NCBI RefSeq assembly: GCF_000315625.1
Contig: NW_005434669.1
Span: forward strand, 283,238 to 347,237
Length of the DNA: 64,000 bases
Source of the DNA: Guillardia theta CCMP2712
Taxonomy: Eukaryota > Protista > Cryptophyta
Direction of reading: 5' to 3'
In this document: piece after piece, positions 36,400 through 49,700 of the stretch
How positions within the stretch are numbered: position 1 is the stretch's first letter
Layout of the letters: each line of letters starts with the position of its first letter
Notes under the pieces: model-generated
What the model saw: only the letters and a program-made list of their open reading frames with translations
What the model was told of the DNA's origin: nothing
Database searches by the model: none
Translations under genes and position numbers: made by a program

Positions 36400-39211
36400 G
36401 CCAGTTCAACTTCCGACTTTCCTCCTTTTGGCCTCCAACCCTGATAACTTCTGTCACTTTTCGAACTCCTCCCCCTCCCCCTCACCGTTGGATGGAGCTG
36501 TCGATGGTCGCTTGCTGGTGTCAGACTCTGTTCTGGGATCAGCAATCGCTCCTCGTCCTCGACTGTCTCACCTGCGGCCACATGTCGAGTCGCCTTGCCG
36601 AGCTCACACTGACTGATGAGCGACGAGAAGCGCAGTGTACACAAGCTCTCGTGAGTCTGCCAGCAGGCATCAGCAACCCCCTCCTCCTCCCCTGTCCTCC
36701 TCCTCCTCGCTTCATTCCTACCGAAGTTTCAGACGGGGAGAGAGCGAAGATGACGAGGGCCTGCAGCAAGTCAACAAGAGGAGGCGATGCTCGAGCCATG
36801 AGACCTTTCCGTCCCCGCTGAAGCAAGGCTGAAGTAGGAAGGTGAGCTTGGAGTTGCTGCGCACATCCCTTCAGTCCCTCCTCCTTCTCCCCCTCCTCCT
36901 CGTACCGGAAGGGGACATGACTCTTCTTCTGGGAGATGGAGGTGAACACGTCTCCTGCACATCAGGTGAGCGTGTCGATCCCTCCGTTCTCATCCCCGTC
37001 ACCGAGAGCGCTCAGCGACTTGTTGATGGATTGGGTCTCTTTCAGTCTGTCTCCTGCTCCCCAGTCATCTCCCCTCCTGCTCCTCCTGCTCCTCTCATAC
37101 CAGTTGCATTCGACTTTGCTAACCGCTCGCTGCCCGCAAGGTCGACCAGGTTGAGACTGAAGGATGGCGGGAGGTCAGAGGAGAGAGAGGAGGAGCGAAG
37201 TCAGCAAGACTCACCTGCCATGCAGGACCTGCCGAGGTCCATCCGGGATCTCCTTGGTTGCCTGAATGCGGATCTACGCCCAGGTGTGAGAAAATAGACG
37301 ATGAAGAGGAGAGGGAGAGGAGAGGAGAGGAGAGGAGAGGAGAGGAGAGGGAGAGGTGAGGGAGAGGGAGAGGGAGAGGGAGAGGAGAGGAGACACGAGA
37401 GAAAGGGATGTGGGAAGGAATTGAGACCTGGAAGACGGTGTGACTGCGAGAGGATCGCTCGTTCATGTCAGTTCCCTTCACAGTGCGATGTTTCTCCGAG
37501 GTTGTCATCAGCTGCAGTGACAATCAGCAAGTGGAAGAGAGGGAGGGAGAGGAGGAGAGGGAGGCAGATACAACAAGGGCTAGAGTCATGGTCACAGAAC
37601 GATCATGGGGAGGAGAAGTGGAGGAGGAGAGGACAGCAAACCTTGTGAATGTCCTCCCTGGTGCAGACAAGAACGGACATGAGATCAGTCACAGACATGA
37701 GCCCATTTTCTCCCTGTCTGATTGTGTAGCTCTTTCCCTGTAGACAAGTCTCATCTCCCTGCCCCTGCCCCTGCCCCTGCCCCTGTCGCCCTCGGCCTCA
37801 CCTCCAAGTCCTTGGGGTCGCAGAGCAGATCGCGAATGCTCTCGTTGTAGATCTCCAGGCAGGAAGCATGCAGCGTGTACTCCCACCTGAGGTCTTGTAA
37901 GGGAAGGAGAGAAGTGAGGGAGGAGGAGAGGGGAAGGGAGGGGGAAGGGAGGGGAGGGGGGCAGGCCCACCCGTTGTCCTTCATGGCCTCAATGGTAGCG
38001 AGGATCTGACGGTCGCGTTAGGACCTCCTGGTCCTCCTCTTCTCAACCTGCTCGATGGATCTCGGGATGATGCCCTGGTGGTCTCCTCCTCCGCCGATCA
38101 TCGTGTGCGTCTTTCCTGCTCCGGTCTGGCAGAGGGGTCAGGGGATGTAGCCCTCTCCTCCTCCTCCTCCTCCTCCTCCTCTCACCTGTCCATAGGCTAG
38201 CAAGCTCACGTTGTAGCCATCCAGCGCACTTTGAACGAAATTCTTGACCTGATAGGGAATCAGTGAGTGAAGGAGGGAGTGAATGAGAGGAGTGAGGGAA
38301 GGAGGGAGGGAGACAGAGCGAAAGAGGAAAGGCAGAGAGTGGAGCACCAGCAAGGATGCAAGGAGGAAGGAGGAGTTGCAAGGAGAGGGCAAGGACCGGA
38401 CCTCTTCGAACACGTCGGTCTGAGTTGAGTTCTGCCCGAAGCAGCGATCGAACTTGAAGTCGTTGTTGGACCCTCCGTACGGGAGAATCACCTGCTCACT
38501 CTCTTTTCATCTGTAGTTTTCTCTCCTTCTCCTCCTCCCCTCGCTTCCCTCCTCTCCCTTCCCTCCTCTGTCTCACGCTTGCCCCCATCCCTTCTCGCTC
38601 CTACCGTGCCAAGGTTCTCGTCCAGTGACATCGGGCATGTTCCTTCCTGTTCGCAGATGAGAAGCAGATGGGAATGGTGGGAGGCTAGGAGAGAAGGAAA
38701 CGAAGAAAAAAATGATTGGGAGGAGGAGGAGGAGGAGGAGGNNNNNNNNNNNNNNNNNNNNNNNNNNNNNNNNNNNNNNNNNNNNNNNNNNNNNNNNNNN
38801 NNNNNNNNNNNNNNNNNNNNNNNNNNNNNNNNNNNNNNNNNGAAAGGGGAGGAGGATGGAGAGGGAGGATGTAGTTGTGTCAGGGGGATACCGAATGTTT
38901 CCCTTGAGCTCCTGGATCTCATTATGCAGCTTCCTCTTCTCATTTTCAGCTTTGAGGAATTTCCTGCGAAGGAGTGAGAGGGAGGGAGCAAGGGAGGGAG
39001 CAAGGGAGGGAGCAAGGGAGGGAGCAAGGGAGGGAGGGGAGAGCGGAGGGGAGGAGAGGTGAGAGGAAGGATACATGTTGAGCTCTGCAAAGTCCTTGCG
39101 CAACTTTTCCACGAGGGATCGCTGACGTAAATAGTTTTAGGAGAAGAAATTGTCGAAATCAAGCACAAGTGAGCAATCGTGAGCAAGGTGGATGATGATG
39201 ACGATGATGAC

Positions 39212-39280
<69 letters not shown>

Positions 39281-41029
39281 AAGGAGGAGGAGGAGGAGGA
39301 GGAGGAGGAGGAGGAGGAGGAGGAGGAGGAGGAGGAGGAGGATAACCTCAGCAAGCAGATCAGCTTCTGTCGCGTTCTTGGCCTGTTGCAGCCCCATGCT
39401 TTCAACCTGAAAATGAAGCAGGATGAGGAGGAGGCACAGACGGAGATAAAGGCATGCGTGTGAAGGGTGGGGAGCAAGGGAGGGTAGGGGAGGAAGGGGA
39501 GTAGGGAGACAGAGAGGGAGGTTACCTGGAGCTGACAGAGTCGTTCGATCTGTTCCATGTGAGGGAACTGCGACTGGAAGAGGATCAGGCAAGTAGAAGA
39601 GGAGGAACAGGAAGGATCACTACCTGCTGCTTGAAGACTGAGTACTCTGCCTGCGTCACGGCAAGCTTCTCTGAGATCTGGGCCTTCTCATCCACAACCT
39701 CCTGCAAGGAGCGATGAAGAGACAGCGAAGGAGGACAAGAGGAGCAGGTGAGGGGAGGAAGCGGGGGTGAGAACAAGCTAGAGGGAAACAAGTTGAATGG
39801 GAATGGCGAGGAAGGAAAGGGGGAGGGGAGGTAGGCAGGGGGAGGAAAAAATTGTGCGGAGGAAGAGGAGGAACCTTGAGTTGTGTGCGAATCAATTCGA
39901 TCTCATTGAGTTTCTCCTTCATGTTGTCGGAAATTTGCTGGAGCTTGAGGAGCATCAGAGATGAGTCAGGTGGGAGGGAAGGACAGATGGAGGGAGGGAG
40001 GGAGGGAGGGAGGGAGGGAGGGAGGGAGGGAGGGAGGGAGGAGGGAGGGAGGGAGGAGGGAGGGAGGGAGGAGGGAGGGAGGGAGGAGGGAGGGAGGGNN
40101 NNNNNNNNNNNNNNNNNNNNNNNNNNNNNNNNNNNNNNNNNNNNNNNNNNNNNNNNNNNNNNNNNNNNNNNNNNNNNNNNNNNNNNNNNNNNNNNNNNNN
40201 NNNNNNNNNNNNNNNNNNNNNNNNNNNNNNNNNNNNNNNNNNNNNNNNNNNNNNNNNNNNNNNNNNNNNNNNNNNNNNNNNNNNNNNNNNNNNNNNNNNN
40301 NNNNNNNNNNNNNNNNNNNNTGCTGATTCTCTTGCTTGATCTGACGACAAAGATGATAAGATGCTGAAGGAGAGGAGGAGCGACGGGGAAGAGGGAGGTG
40401 GGAGAGGAGGAGGAAGAGGGAGGGAGAAGAGGAGGAGGAAGAGGGAGGTGGGAGAGGAGGAGGAAGAGGGAGGGAGAAGAGGAGGAGGAAGAGGGAGGTG
40501 GGAGAGGAGGAGGAAGGAGGGAGAAGAGGAGGAGAGACCGAGGTGTTGGGAGCAAAGGATGGAAAGGATGGGAGGAAACATTTCACCTTGTTCAGCTGCG
40601 CTAGAGATTCCTCTGCTTCAGCCCGGAGCTGCATGCTCGTGTCAGAAAGCGAGAGGAGAAGGGGAAGGAGCAGGGAGGTGGCGCAGAAAGAGGGGTAGAA
40701 GGGAGGAGCACGGAGAACGGAGGAGGAGAAGAGAGGAACTTACACTCTTAATCTCTTCCGTCAAGTTCTCCTTGTCTTTCTCTAACTTCTTCATCCTCTC
40801 TGTCTGCAGACAAGACTTCAGCTCCCTCTCCTTTCCTCCCCCTCTTTCATACTCCTCGCCTTAACCCCCCCCACCCCCTCCTGATGCTCCTCTTCCTCCC
40901 CTTCCCCCTCCTCTCCCTCCGTCACCTGAAGCTCCTGTCCGGTAAGCATGCTCCTGATAGTGTCTGCCTGCTGCTGCTCCTTGAGGTCCAGACGATTCTG
41001 TGCGGAAGATCAGCAGAAAGAGGGGAAGC

Positions 41030-41063
<34 letters not shown>

Positions 41064-43385
41064 GGAGGAGGAGGAGGAGGAGAAGGAGGAGGAGGAGGAG
41101 AGGGGGGGCAGGAAGCAAGACCTGCATCTCTTCGATTCTCTTGCAGGAAGCTTCTCGCTCCTGCTCGAGCTTGTCGATCTGCCAACTTCTTTAACTCTCC
41201 TGCTCTCCTGCTCCTGCTTCTGCTTCACCTGACTTTGACGGCTCGCAACTTCTTCTTCCAGCCGTTCAATCTGTAATTCCTCATCACCATCTCGTCCTCC
41301 TCCCCTTCCTCTCCCCCTCCTCGACGTCGTGGCCTACCTGCGTCTTGCTCGTCTTTGACATCTCCTCCATCACTGCCCAGCTCGAGTCAGAACTTCCCTT
41401 CCACTTTCTTCTTCCTCACCTGCGAACTTCGTCTTGAGGTCCTGATATTGCTCGGAGATCGCCATGTACTAAGGGATCACGGTTCATACAGACATTCTCC
41501 TCTCCCTCCTCCTGCTCGGCTCCTCCCCCCCTACACGTGCCCCCTTACTTTGCTCTTGTTCTCCGTGTTCGAAACCATCTCCTGCACATCAAAAGATGAG
41601 ACATCACAAAAATCTTCTCATCTCTTCCCATTCCTCCATACCCATTCCTCCCTCCCGCCCTCCTCTCCTCCCTCCCTTCCCTTCGGACCAATCTGCTTCT
41701 CGTCTCCTACCTCCCCTCCCTCACCTGGCCTAGTTGCGCTCGCAGCTCTGAGATGTCCTTGTCGAACGAGTTCTTCCACATGCCGTGAGGATGGCAAGAG
41801 GAGGAGGCAACTTCACCTGCTGCTGCTCCATCGACTTGCTGAGCTGCTTGTTCTGCTCCTTCACATCCTCTAGCTCCTGCAAGGGAGAGGTCAAGGGTAG
41901 AGGAGGCGGTAACAGAGGAGGAACAAGAGGAAACAGGAGGTAGAGGAGGAGGAGGAGGAGGGATTTGCTGGTGGGGACTGAGGTTAAGAAAAGTTGGTGC
42001 AAGAACCTGAACACGCTGCTTCAACTCTGTCTGCATCTGCTGCGATGAAGATTTCTCTACGGAAAATTCCTCTTGAATCCTCTGGAGTTATGGAGACGAG
42101 GAGAAACGAGAGTTAGGAGGCCACGCCAATGGAGGAAGAAAGGAGGGGAGGAGGACGAGGAGGGAGAATAGGGAGGACGAAGAGGACGAGGAAGGGGGTG
42201 GGGTGGGGGTTTCTTGTCACCTTGATCTCTTCTCTCAGCTGCTCATTGTCAGATGTGCTGATTGCATACTTTTCTTCCAGCTCGCGATATTCCTTCTGCT
42301 CCACATGATGAGCAGGCGAACGAGCCCAACCTCAATGATGAGGAAGGAAGAGAAGTAGGAGCCAACCCAGCAGCCTGTCTCTCAGGACAGGAGCAAGTTT
42401 GCATAGAGAGCAGCGATCGCTTACTGAGGCATCTCACCTGAAGCTTCTCAATCTGAACCTTGTTAGCGGAGATCTCCTGGAATCCTCAAATAAGCGCAAG
42501 GGAAACAGGCAACGAACATGCAAGAGAGACGTTGGAGAGGGAATTGATCTGGTCTTGCAAGCTGCTGCTCGCGCTCTTGGCACTCTCCCTGTTCTCCTCC
42601 AAGTGGTCGTGAAGCTCGACAGCCTTGTCGACAATCCTCTCTCTCTGCGTAAGCAGCTCTTGCAGGGCTGTTCGCACCATTTCAGACATGCGCGGAGCTG
42701 ACGGGCCAAGGGAACAAACCTTCTCTGAGCTTGCCGATCAAGGACTTCTGATCATCGAGATGTTTCTTCTGATCCCGCAGTGTCGATCCCTTGGCAGAGA
42801 TCTTGGTGTTGAGGATCTCGGAGAAGTTTAAGCTGCTTCTCTTGAGCTCTCTTGCCAGGGGATGCATGTTTTCATCGTCCCTCTGCTCATTCACTGCCTT
42901 CTCATACATCTCTGCCAGTTTCTTGTCAAACTGCTCTTGGTTGAGCTCTGCAATGAAAGTAAACCACTCATGATCATGATCGTGATCATCATCTCCATCG
43001 TGATCATCATCTCCATCATCATCATTGACACCACCATATCATCCTCGTCGTCGTAATCATCATGCACCCTCTCTTATCTCATCATCCAGAAGTGCTTCTG
43101 CGACAACACACCATTCGACTTGCTCTTCAAGATGGCAGCTGCTGTGCGAGGGCGACGCATTCTCGATGACTTCAATGCCTTCAAAACGCGGTGAGCGTGA
43201 GGAATTCGGTACAAGATGAGAGTTTTTACATCTTCTGGAACTTGATTCTCTTTATCGTCGGAGCTTTGTTTTGGACGGATGGACATTCGAGAACTGACAA
43301 CGGGATCGTCAATAATGCGACGGGCAATACATGTCATGACAGAACCTTGTTCCTCGGAGATTATTGAAGAACGCGGCGTTGGCAT
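36400..43385 (-). CDS. Kinesin-14 (C-terminal motor, KIFC1/KAR3-like) with long coiled-coil stalk; many microsatellite-filled introns; 3' end approximate
   Basis: Neck KRKLHNEIQELKGNIR; FKFDRCF; VQSALDGYNVSLLAYGQ|TGAGKTHTM (P-loop); MNERSSRSH (switch I); LNLVDLAGSER (switch II); HVPFR; ESLCTLRF. Confidence 0.93.
38742..38841. other. Assembly gap (100 N) inside the kinesin gene
   Basis: Run of n between GGA repeats. Confidence 1.
39190..39341 (+). repeat. Compound microsatellite (GAT)n(GAG)n in a kinesin intron
   Basis: Seen directly; a shorter copy of the same compound repeat lies at about 41030-41100. Confidence 0.95.
40099..40320. other. Assembly gap inside a GGGA-repeat intron
   Basis: Run of n. 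Confidence 1.
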
Positions 43386-43549
43386 TTGCGTTCATCGCCA
43401 ATAGAGCTCACACGATGGCGAAGTAAGTTCTGTAGCATGGAATTCGTCAGAGGCTGGTTCATTTCACTTCTTTTCCTATCAGGTTGTGCGATCAGTATGA
43501 AATGCGCATTTCATACTGATCCTCCAAACATGACTTTCCTCCATCGTCT

Positions 43550-43770
43550 CTGCTCTGGCTCTGCTCTGCTCTCTTATCCTCTCTTCTCCTCCGCTATCAC
43601 CTGCTCTGCTCTGCTCTGCTCTGCTCTGGCTCTGCCCTGCCCTGCCCTGCCCTGCCCTGCCCTGCCCTGCCCTGCCCTCCCTCTCTCCTCTCTCCTCTCT
43701 CCTCTCTCCTCTCTCCTCTCTCCTCTCTCCTCTCTCCTCTCTCCTCTCTCCTCTCTCCTCTCTCCTCACT
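43550..43770 (+). repeat. Compound CTCTG / CCCTG / CTCTCCT microsatellites between the divergent kinesin and ankyrin genes
   Basis: Seen directly. Confidence 0.9.
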
Positions 43771-44071
43771 TCCTATGCTCGTTTCTCTGGCTGCCATGGC
43801 GTGCTAACCCACTGTGATTCGAATTTTCCCTTGGGGGAGAAAATCAAATATTGAAATATGTTTATCATAAAGTTTCAAAATTTAAGTGAAACTTTCAACT
43901 GGCTCGCAAGGTCTGAACTTGATTCATCGCCCTCATTCATACTAGATTCTTTTTGGCCCAACTGTTGGCCCAAGCGCATCATGCAAGGGCAGGCCTAGGT
44001 GTAGATATCAGTGTGGTAGGAGGAGGAGGAGGAGGAGGAGGAGGAGGAGATGGAGATGGACTAACGAGGCC

Positions 44072-44073
<2 letters not shown>

Positions 44074-44167
<94 letters not shown>
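44074..44167 (+). repeat. (TG)n microsatellite
   Basis: Seen directly. Confidence 0.98.
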
Positions 44168-44168
<1 letters not shown>

Positions 44169-44287
44169 TGAGGATGGGTGAAGGTAGAGATCGCCATGTT
44201 GGAAGCTCACGAAGTTGGGAGCGTGCAGGTGAGGGCGTGAAGTCAGAGAGCCTGCTAGCGCCCTGACAGCCGCTGAGAGACACGGCG

Positions 44288-46643
44288 ATGGAGGATGAAG
44301 ATGGAGGCAGAGACGGGAAGAAGGACAGGAAGAAGGAGAAGAAGAAGAAAGACAATGAGAACAAGTCAAAGAAGCGCAAGTGCAAGCGGGAGGTGCCTTC
44401 AGACGATTCATCGCGAGGCAAGGACAAGAGGAGGAGGAGAAGCGAGGAGGAAGCAAGTGGAGGTGACTTGCCTTCAAGTGTGTCCGATCGCCAACTGAAT
44501 GCGATCAAAACTTTCGCACAGCTTCCTCCAGGAAACAGCAGAAGCGAGCTCGCAAGTTCTTGGATGCTGTCGGTGGAGGGTACCTGCTACGAGTCGAAAA
44601 GATGCTGAGCAAGCGGTGAGCGAGGATGAGAGGCAGGAGTTGCCTGAGACCGCCAGCAGGAAAGAGCTCTTGTCCTCCCTGGATGAGAAGACAGGGCAGA
44701 CTCCTTTGCAGCTCTCCTGTGAGCACGGTCACTTCCAGATATCTCTCCTCCTCCTCCGGCGGTGCTGCGACGTGAACGGGCAGGACGCGCAGGGGAACAC
44801 AGCGCTGCATCTTGCTGTGCGGGGGAGGCACTGGGATCTCGTCAGGCTCCTGACCGAGCGAGGAGCGAAGGTCTGCCGGAACCATGACGGGAAGACGGTG
44901 AGGAATCGGGGTACAAGCGAGGGGAGTTGACGATGAGACAGCCTGAGGACTGGGGCATGTCAGATGGCCTCTCATCGCTGGACGAGCATCTGAGGAGGTA
45001 GAGGAGGAGCGAGAGGAAGGAGAGGAGGAGGAGGAGGAGGAGGAGGAGGAGGAACAAACGAAGGGGGAGGGAGGGAGGGAGGGAGGGAGGGAGGGAGGGA
45101 GGGGAGGAAGTGAGTTTGGTGAGCAGGAGGTTCAGTCGATCCTAAAACTCATCTTGCAGGAAACAGGAGAAGGCTGAGGCCCTGAGGTGTCGACGAGATG
45201 ATCTGGGAGAGATTGAGCAGGTGGAAGACGAACTGACATCGTCTTGATGATGACCGAGTGCCGCAGAAGAACCTAAAAGACATGTGATGCAAGGCTTCAA
45301 GAGATGTCGGCTATAGGTGACCGTTGTGATGTTCAGGGAAGCGGAGAGGGCATGGCAGCAGAAGCTGCAGGACGAGTAGGTTGGAAGAGGTGGTTGCCTG
45401 CGCGCTGATGAGGTCTGGAAGACTGCACTTCGAGCATCTTGAGGGCTGGGAAGGAGGAGTGGGTCAGGACACGTTCAGATGTGACGAGTGGGAATGGCTG
45501 GAGGTCAAAATTGATATCAAAGTGGCGATTTGAGCTGACTGTCAGGGCAGGACGAGGCTTCATCGGATGGAGACTGGTCACTTTGCATGTTTCTCAATCT
45601 TTCCATCTTCTCTGCTCTCCAAAGCTTCCTTGACCTGCTCCTTCCATCCAACTATGCTCCTCCTCACCCTTCTGCCCGATCTCTTACGGTCCTGCCTGAC
45701 TCCCCTGCCTGCCAGGTGGGAGCAGCTTGGCAAGGAAATGCATGCTCGACACGCCAAGTGAGGAATTTCACATCCTGTTCGCTCCCCTCACTCGCTTCTT
45801 CGTCAGATATTCTTCCTTCTTCTCTGCCAGCGATCAGGGCCAACAGAAGGCGCACAAGCCTCCGCCCTCGAGCTCAAGCACTCCCTACTCCTCGTCCAAC
45901 TACCGCGACCGGATGGCCTGGGAGCGAGAGCAGGCGAAGGCTGCGCATTCCCTGAGCCAGGACACAACGATGGAGCGGATGAAGCGAATGTCGCAGCATG
46001 CTGAAGACTGGGAGAAGGTAAGCTTCAATTGAGAGCCAGTCCAACCTCACCTGCTGCCCTGCAGTTCCTCCAGCTGGCGAAGACCTGCCAGCAGACCTCC
46101 AGGAGGATCCTGCTGAAAGACGTTCCCTTCCCCCACGTCCCTCCCGGTGTCCCTCGCAACCCTCAGCCTATCCTTGTCCTGACCTAATGCTCAAGGAGGA
46201 GATATCGCACTAGAAGCCCTCATGCTCCCTCCTCATCAGGAGGGCGGTGAGCTGCTCGCTAAAAAGCTGCTTGTCCTGCTTGCTTACCCGGCTGCTGATC
46301 CAGATGCCTCGGTGAGGAAGAAGGCGTCGAGGGAAGCGCTTCTGCGGTTGGTCGGCAGGAAGCGACGATGGAGCACTGAGGTGCGGCAGGTGGCATCCCG
46401 ACAAGTTCGCGCAGAAGTTTGGAAAGCTAATAGAGCCAGCGGAGCACGACGAGGTGAAAGAGAGGCGACGAGGGGAATGGAAGGAAGGTGGGGGTAGAAA
46501 GGAGAGGGAAGGAGGAAGGGGATGAGGAGGATGTAGGAGGAAGGGAGAGCACAGAGGGAGGATGTTGAAGGCGCGCTGATATTTCTTTCAAGATTATCGG
46601 GAAAGTTGTTTCTCTTTCGCAGGCTTTGACGCAACTGTTGTGA
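44288..46643 (+). CDS. NFKBIL1-like ankyrin-repeat protein
   Basis: Lys-rich N-terminus; ankyrin repeats GQTPLQLSC and GNTALHLAV; C-terminal DVPFP...REALLR|WHPDKFAQKFGKLI...IIGKVVSLSQALTQLL*. Confidence 0.8.
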
Positions 46644-46723
46644 GGCAAACAATAAGCTGTAGATGTCACAAGCATCTTGAACCATTCTTTACTAGCGATG
46701 AAAGATTAAAGTCTGCCATGTGC

Positions 46724-49700
46724 CTAGTGCGAGCCAGCAATAGGAAGCTTACGGTCGAAGTTGGATCCCCGAGCAGTGTCAAAGAGCGCTGGGTCCACTC
46801 CGATGGTTCCTTCGAGCTTCTTGAGATACTCGGCCGACTGTACATACGCGAGCTGGGCCTTGACGTGCTCGATCCTCTCGTTGAGCTTCAGCTCATCGCA
46901 GATCTGCTTGCCCTTCCAGTCGTCCTCCTTGCTGTTGGATGGTCCAGCCACGAAGTTCTCGAGATACTGGATGCCCCTCTGCAGTCTCTCGGCTTCACGT
47001 TGCTGGAAGCACTTGATCCTCTCCTGGTACCAAGGCGAGGACAAGATGGACTCTCTGGTGAAGAGCTTTCTGAACTCAGGGCTCTCCAGGGTCATTCCTT
47101 CGTACTCGCCCTTAGCCATGATGTGCAAAAGCGCCTTGAGAGGGGGCACTGCCATGTCGACACCACCGTCAGCCAAGTACATCTCAGCAACGCGCTTGTT
47201 CGTGACAGTGATGGTTCTGATACCATCCGCATAGATTTTCTCATCCTGCAATTCTGGCTTCAACATGTCCTCACTGAAGACAGAGGCTGGATCAGCAAAC
47301 ACACGGCCAAAGAACTGCTGGACAAACGACTTGGTGATACGATAACCCAAGACCGAGGACGGAACCTTCTCACCATTGAGGTTCATGTCAGGGATCTTCT
47401 CAAGATACCCATTCTTGATGAGCCAATTAGCGTCACGCTCCTCTTCCCTCATGCGACTCCAAACCTCTGGAACCAAGAGCGAGATGTCATGGTCAACCTG
47501 CTTCTGGGGACCAATCACTCCAGCAGAGGAAATGAAAACGTGAGTTTCAGTCAAAGCATATGCCAATAATGCAGCATTGAGGTCATGAATCTGGTTGAGC
47601 ATGTTGAAGGGGCCCTTGGTCAAAGCTCCCTCAGATCCAGCTCCTGTGGTGGAAGGCGACTTTCCAGTCATGGACGAAGCGAGCTCCATGAACAACTCTG
47701 GCAACTCATAGTAGTGGATGGGATTGTGAACGGCGAGCGCTGGAATTGAGCCCTCAGGGGGATTATTTCGACGTCCGCAGAGGACAGAGTTCACAGGAGT
47801 ATGGACCGCCTCTCCCATCGGAATTCCTCTGGCCAACCTGGTGGCCACGCTGCAGAGGTGGAATGCGCGCTGATCCGTGATCTCCATAGAATCTTGCAAA
47901 TATCTGGGATTCTTGGTTGGTTTTCCATCCACAATACGAGGATGGGCAGAAGATACAACATACGAGGAAGAGGAATCGAGGAAGGACAGAAGTCTATCCT
48001 GCATGGGCTCTGTGAATTTCTCGAATCCAATGGTTTCATCGACAATCTTCTGTACAGCTGCCTTGTCAAGCGGCTCAAAGTTGGAAATGAAGTTTCCAGG
48101 CTTGGACATATCTAGCTCCGTGATTTTATCATAACCTCTGTGAATGGCTTCATCTGGCCTCTGAAACAAGCGGAATTCGCAGTTCTGTGAAAACTTGTAG
48201 GAGGGCTTCTTCAGCCTGAAGTTCATGCCCTTTAGAGATGAGGAAGGAACGACAACAGATGCGGTGATGTCGTCTTCTGTCTGCAGCTTTTCACATGGAA
48301 AGAAGTCCTGCCTCAAAGTAAACGTCTTCCAGGCAACATTCTCGCTATCATCCTCAACGTGCTTCAAAGGAAGTTCCTTATCATGAACAGAACGGAAGCC
48401 AACACGGATGACTGCAGAAAGTAGTGGATCGCCTTTGTACTTGACCTCGTGGCCAAGCTCGCCATTGACAGCATCTGCATTGAAATGTACTCGCCAATTG
48501 GAACCCCATTCGGCTTTGTAGTTCTGTTTCACAACTTGAAGAAGCTCTCTGAGATACGATGGAATTCCGTTGATGAACTCCAAATGCTCTGCGGTGTAGT
48601 GAGGAGAATATGACAAGAGTTTGATGATGGTTCCAAGAGACACACGAGGGTCCAGAAGGGTCTTGATGGCACTTGGAGCAACACCAATGTGATCAAAAGG
48701 GTGCAATTTTTCATTGCCAGGCTTCATGATAGCAGAGTAGTCCTTGCTGAAAATCGATTGGAGAGCATCGAAGTCCTCAGACACATGATTTGTGAATACA
48801 GGACCATATTTAATCATGTCTTCCAATCTCTTGCTGATCTCTGACTTTCCTCCGCCAGAAACTGTTGCAGGTTTGTGAAGGTTTGCTCCTTCAGCAGTTG
48901 TTCCCCTTAGGTGCCATTTTTCGTAGGGTCCTGATTTTCCACCTCTCTTTCCCTTCACAACGTTTTGAGATCCCTTCTTCACCATCTCAACTTTGTATCC
49001 GCTCGGAAGAACGTAGGTGGTCCTTGGCTTCAAATTGATAGTCTGCTCCTTTCCATTGGAAGTCCATGTGATGCTTTGCTTGATCATGCTGAAAATAGCA
49101 TTCTCTGGAATGTAGTAGATATCGGGGTAATCCTTGTCGATGGCATATCCTTCGGGCTGAACTTCGACAGCATCCTTCAACAGCTTGGTTACGTCTTGGA
49201 AGGTCCTCTTGGTTGCAGTTTCAATCAAATACTTGTGCGTCTCGCCGAGGTACGCTGCATTGCCCCTGTCCGCAACCTGCGAATTGTAAGCGTTTCAATC
49301 TGATTTGTTTTCGACGGATTAAACCTTGCCAAGGCTACCAGCCGCAAATTCTTCTCCGAGATCGAATGAAGGGAATGCAATGCATCCTCCTAAATGATCT
49401 GGTCAGTCAAGCATCGAATGAACAAAGATTCCTGACCAGAGTGTTCTTCTTCCAACTGGCCGTACAAATTCGCAGCGTATCCTAACTGTGTCTTGACTTC
49501 TTTCTTGCAGTAACCGAAGTAGTTGTCGGCAATCAGCGTAACGACAACTCCTCGTGCATCACGAGCAGTCAACTTGAAAGCATTTCCTCCTATGGGATCA
49601 AAGCTCACGAAACATACATGAAAAGTAAGTTTTCATACCATTGTAGAGATCATCCTCTTTCTCCCAGAACATACCATCCTGAATTTGTCGCGGTGTAGCC

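Noticed and set aside
38488-41228. Long poly-S/P/D/E/M/R ORFs in the ORF track
   Set aside because: Translations of intronic microsatellites and N gaps within the kinesin gene.
30814-43385. SKA2 plus kinesin-14 as a mitotic gene cluster
   Set aside because: Separated by an unrelated NCKX gene and a long spacer; proximity is compatible with chance.
46410-46430. HPD motif (just upstream, WHPDKF) as a DnaJ J-domain
   Set aside because: WHPDKF after ankyrin repeats is typical of NFKBIL1-like proteins, and no full J-domain pattern is visible.
46640-47569. 309-aa plus-strand ORF
   Set aside because: Antisense shadow of the PPi-PEPCK terminal exon.
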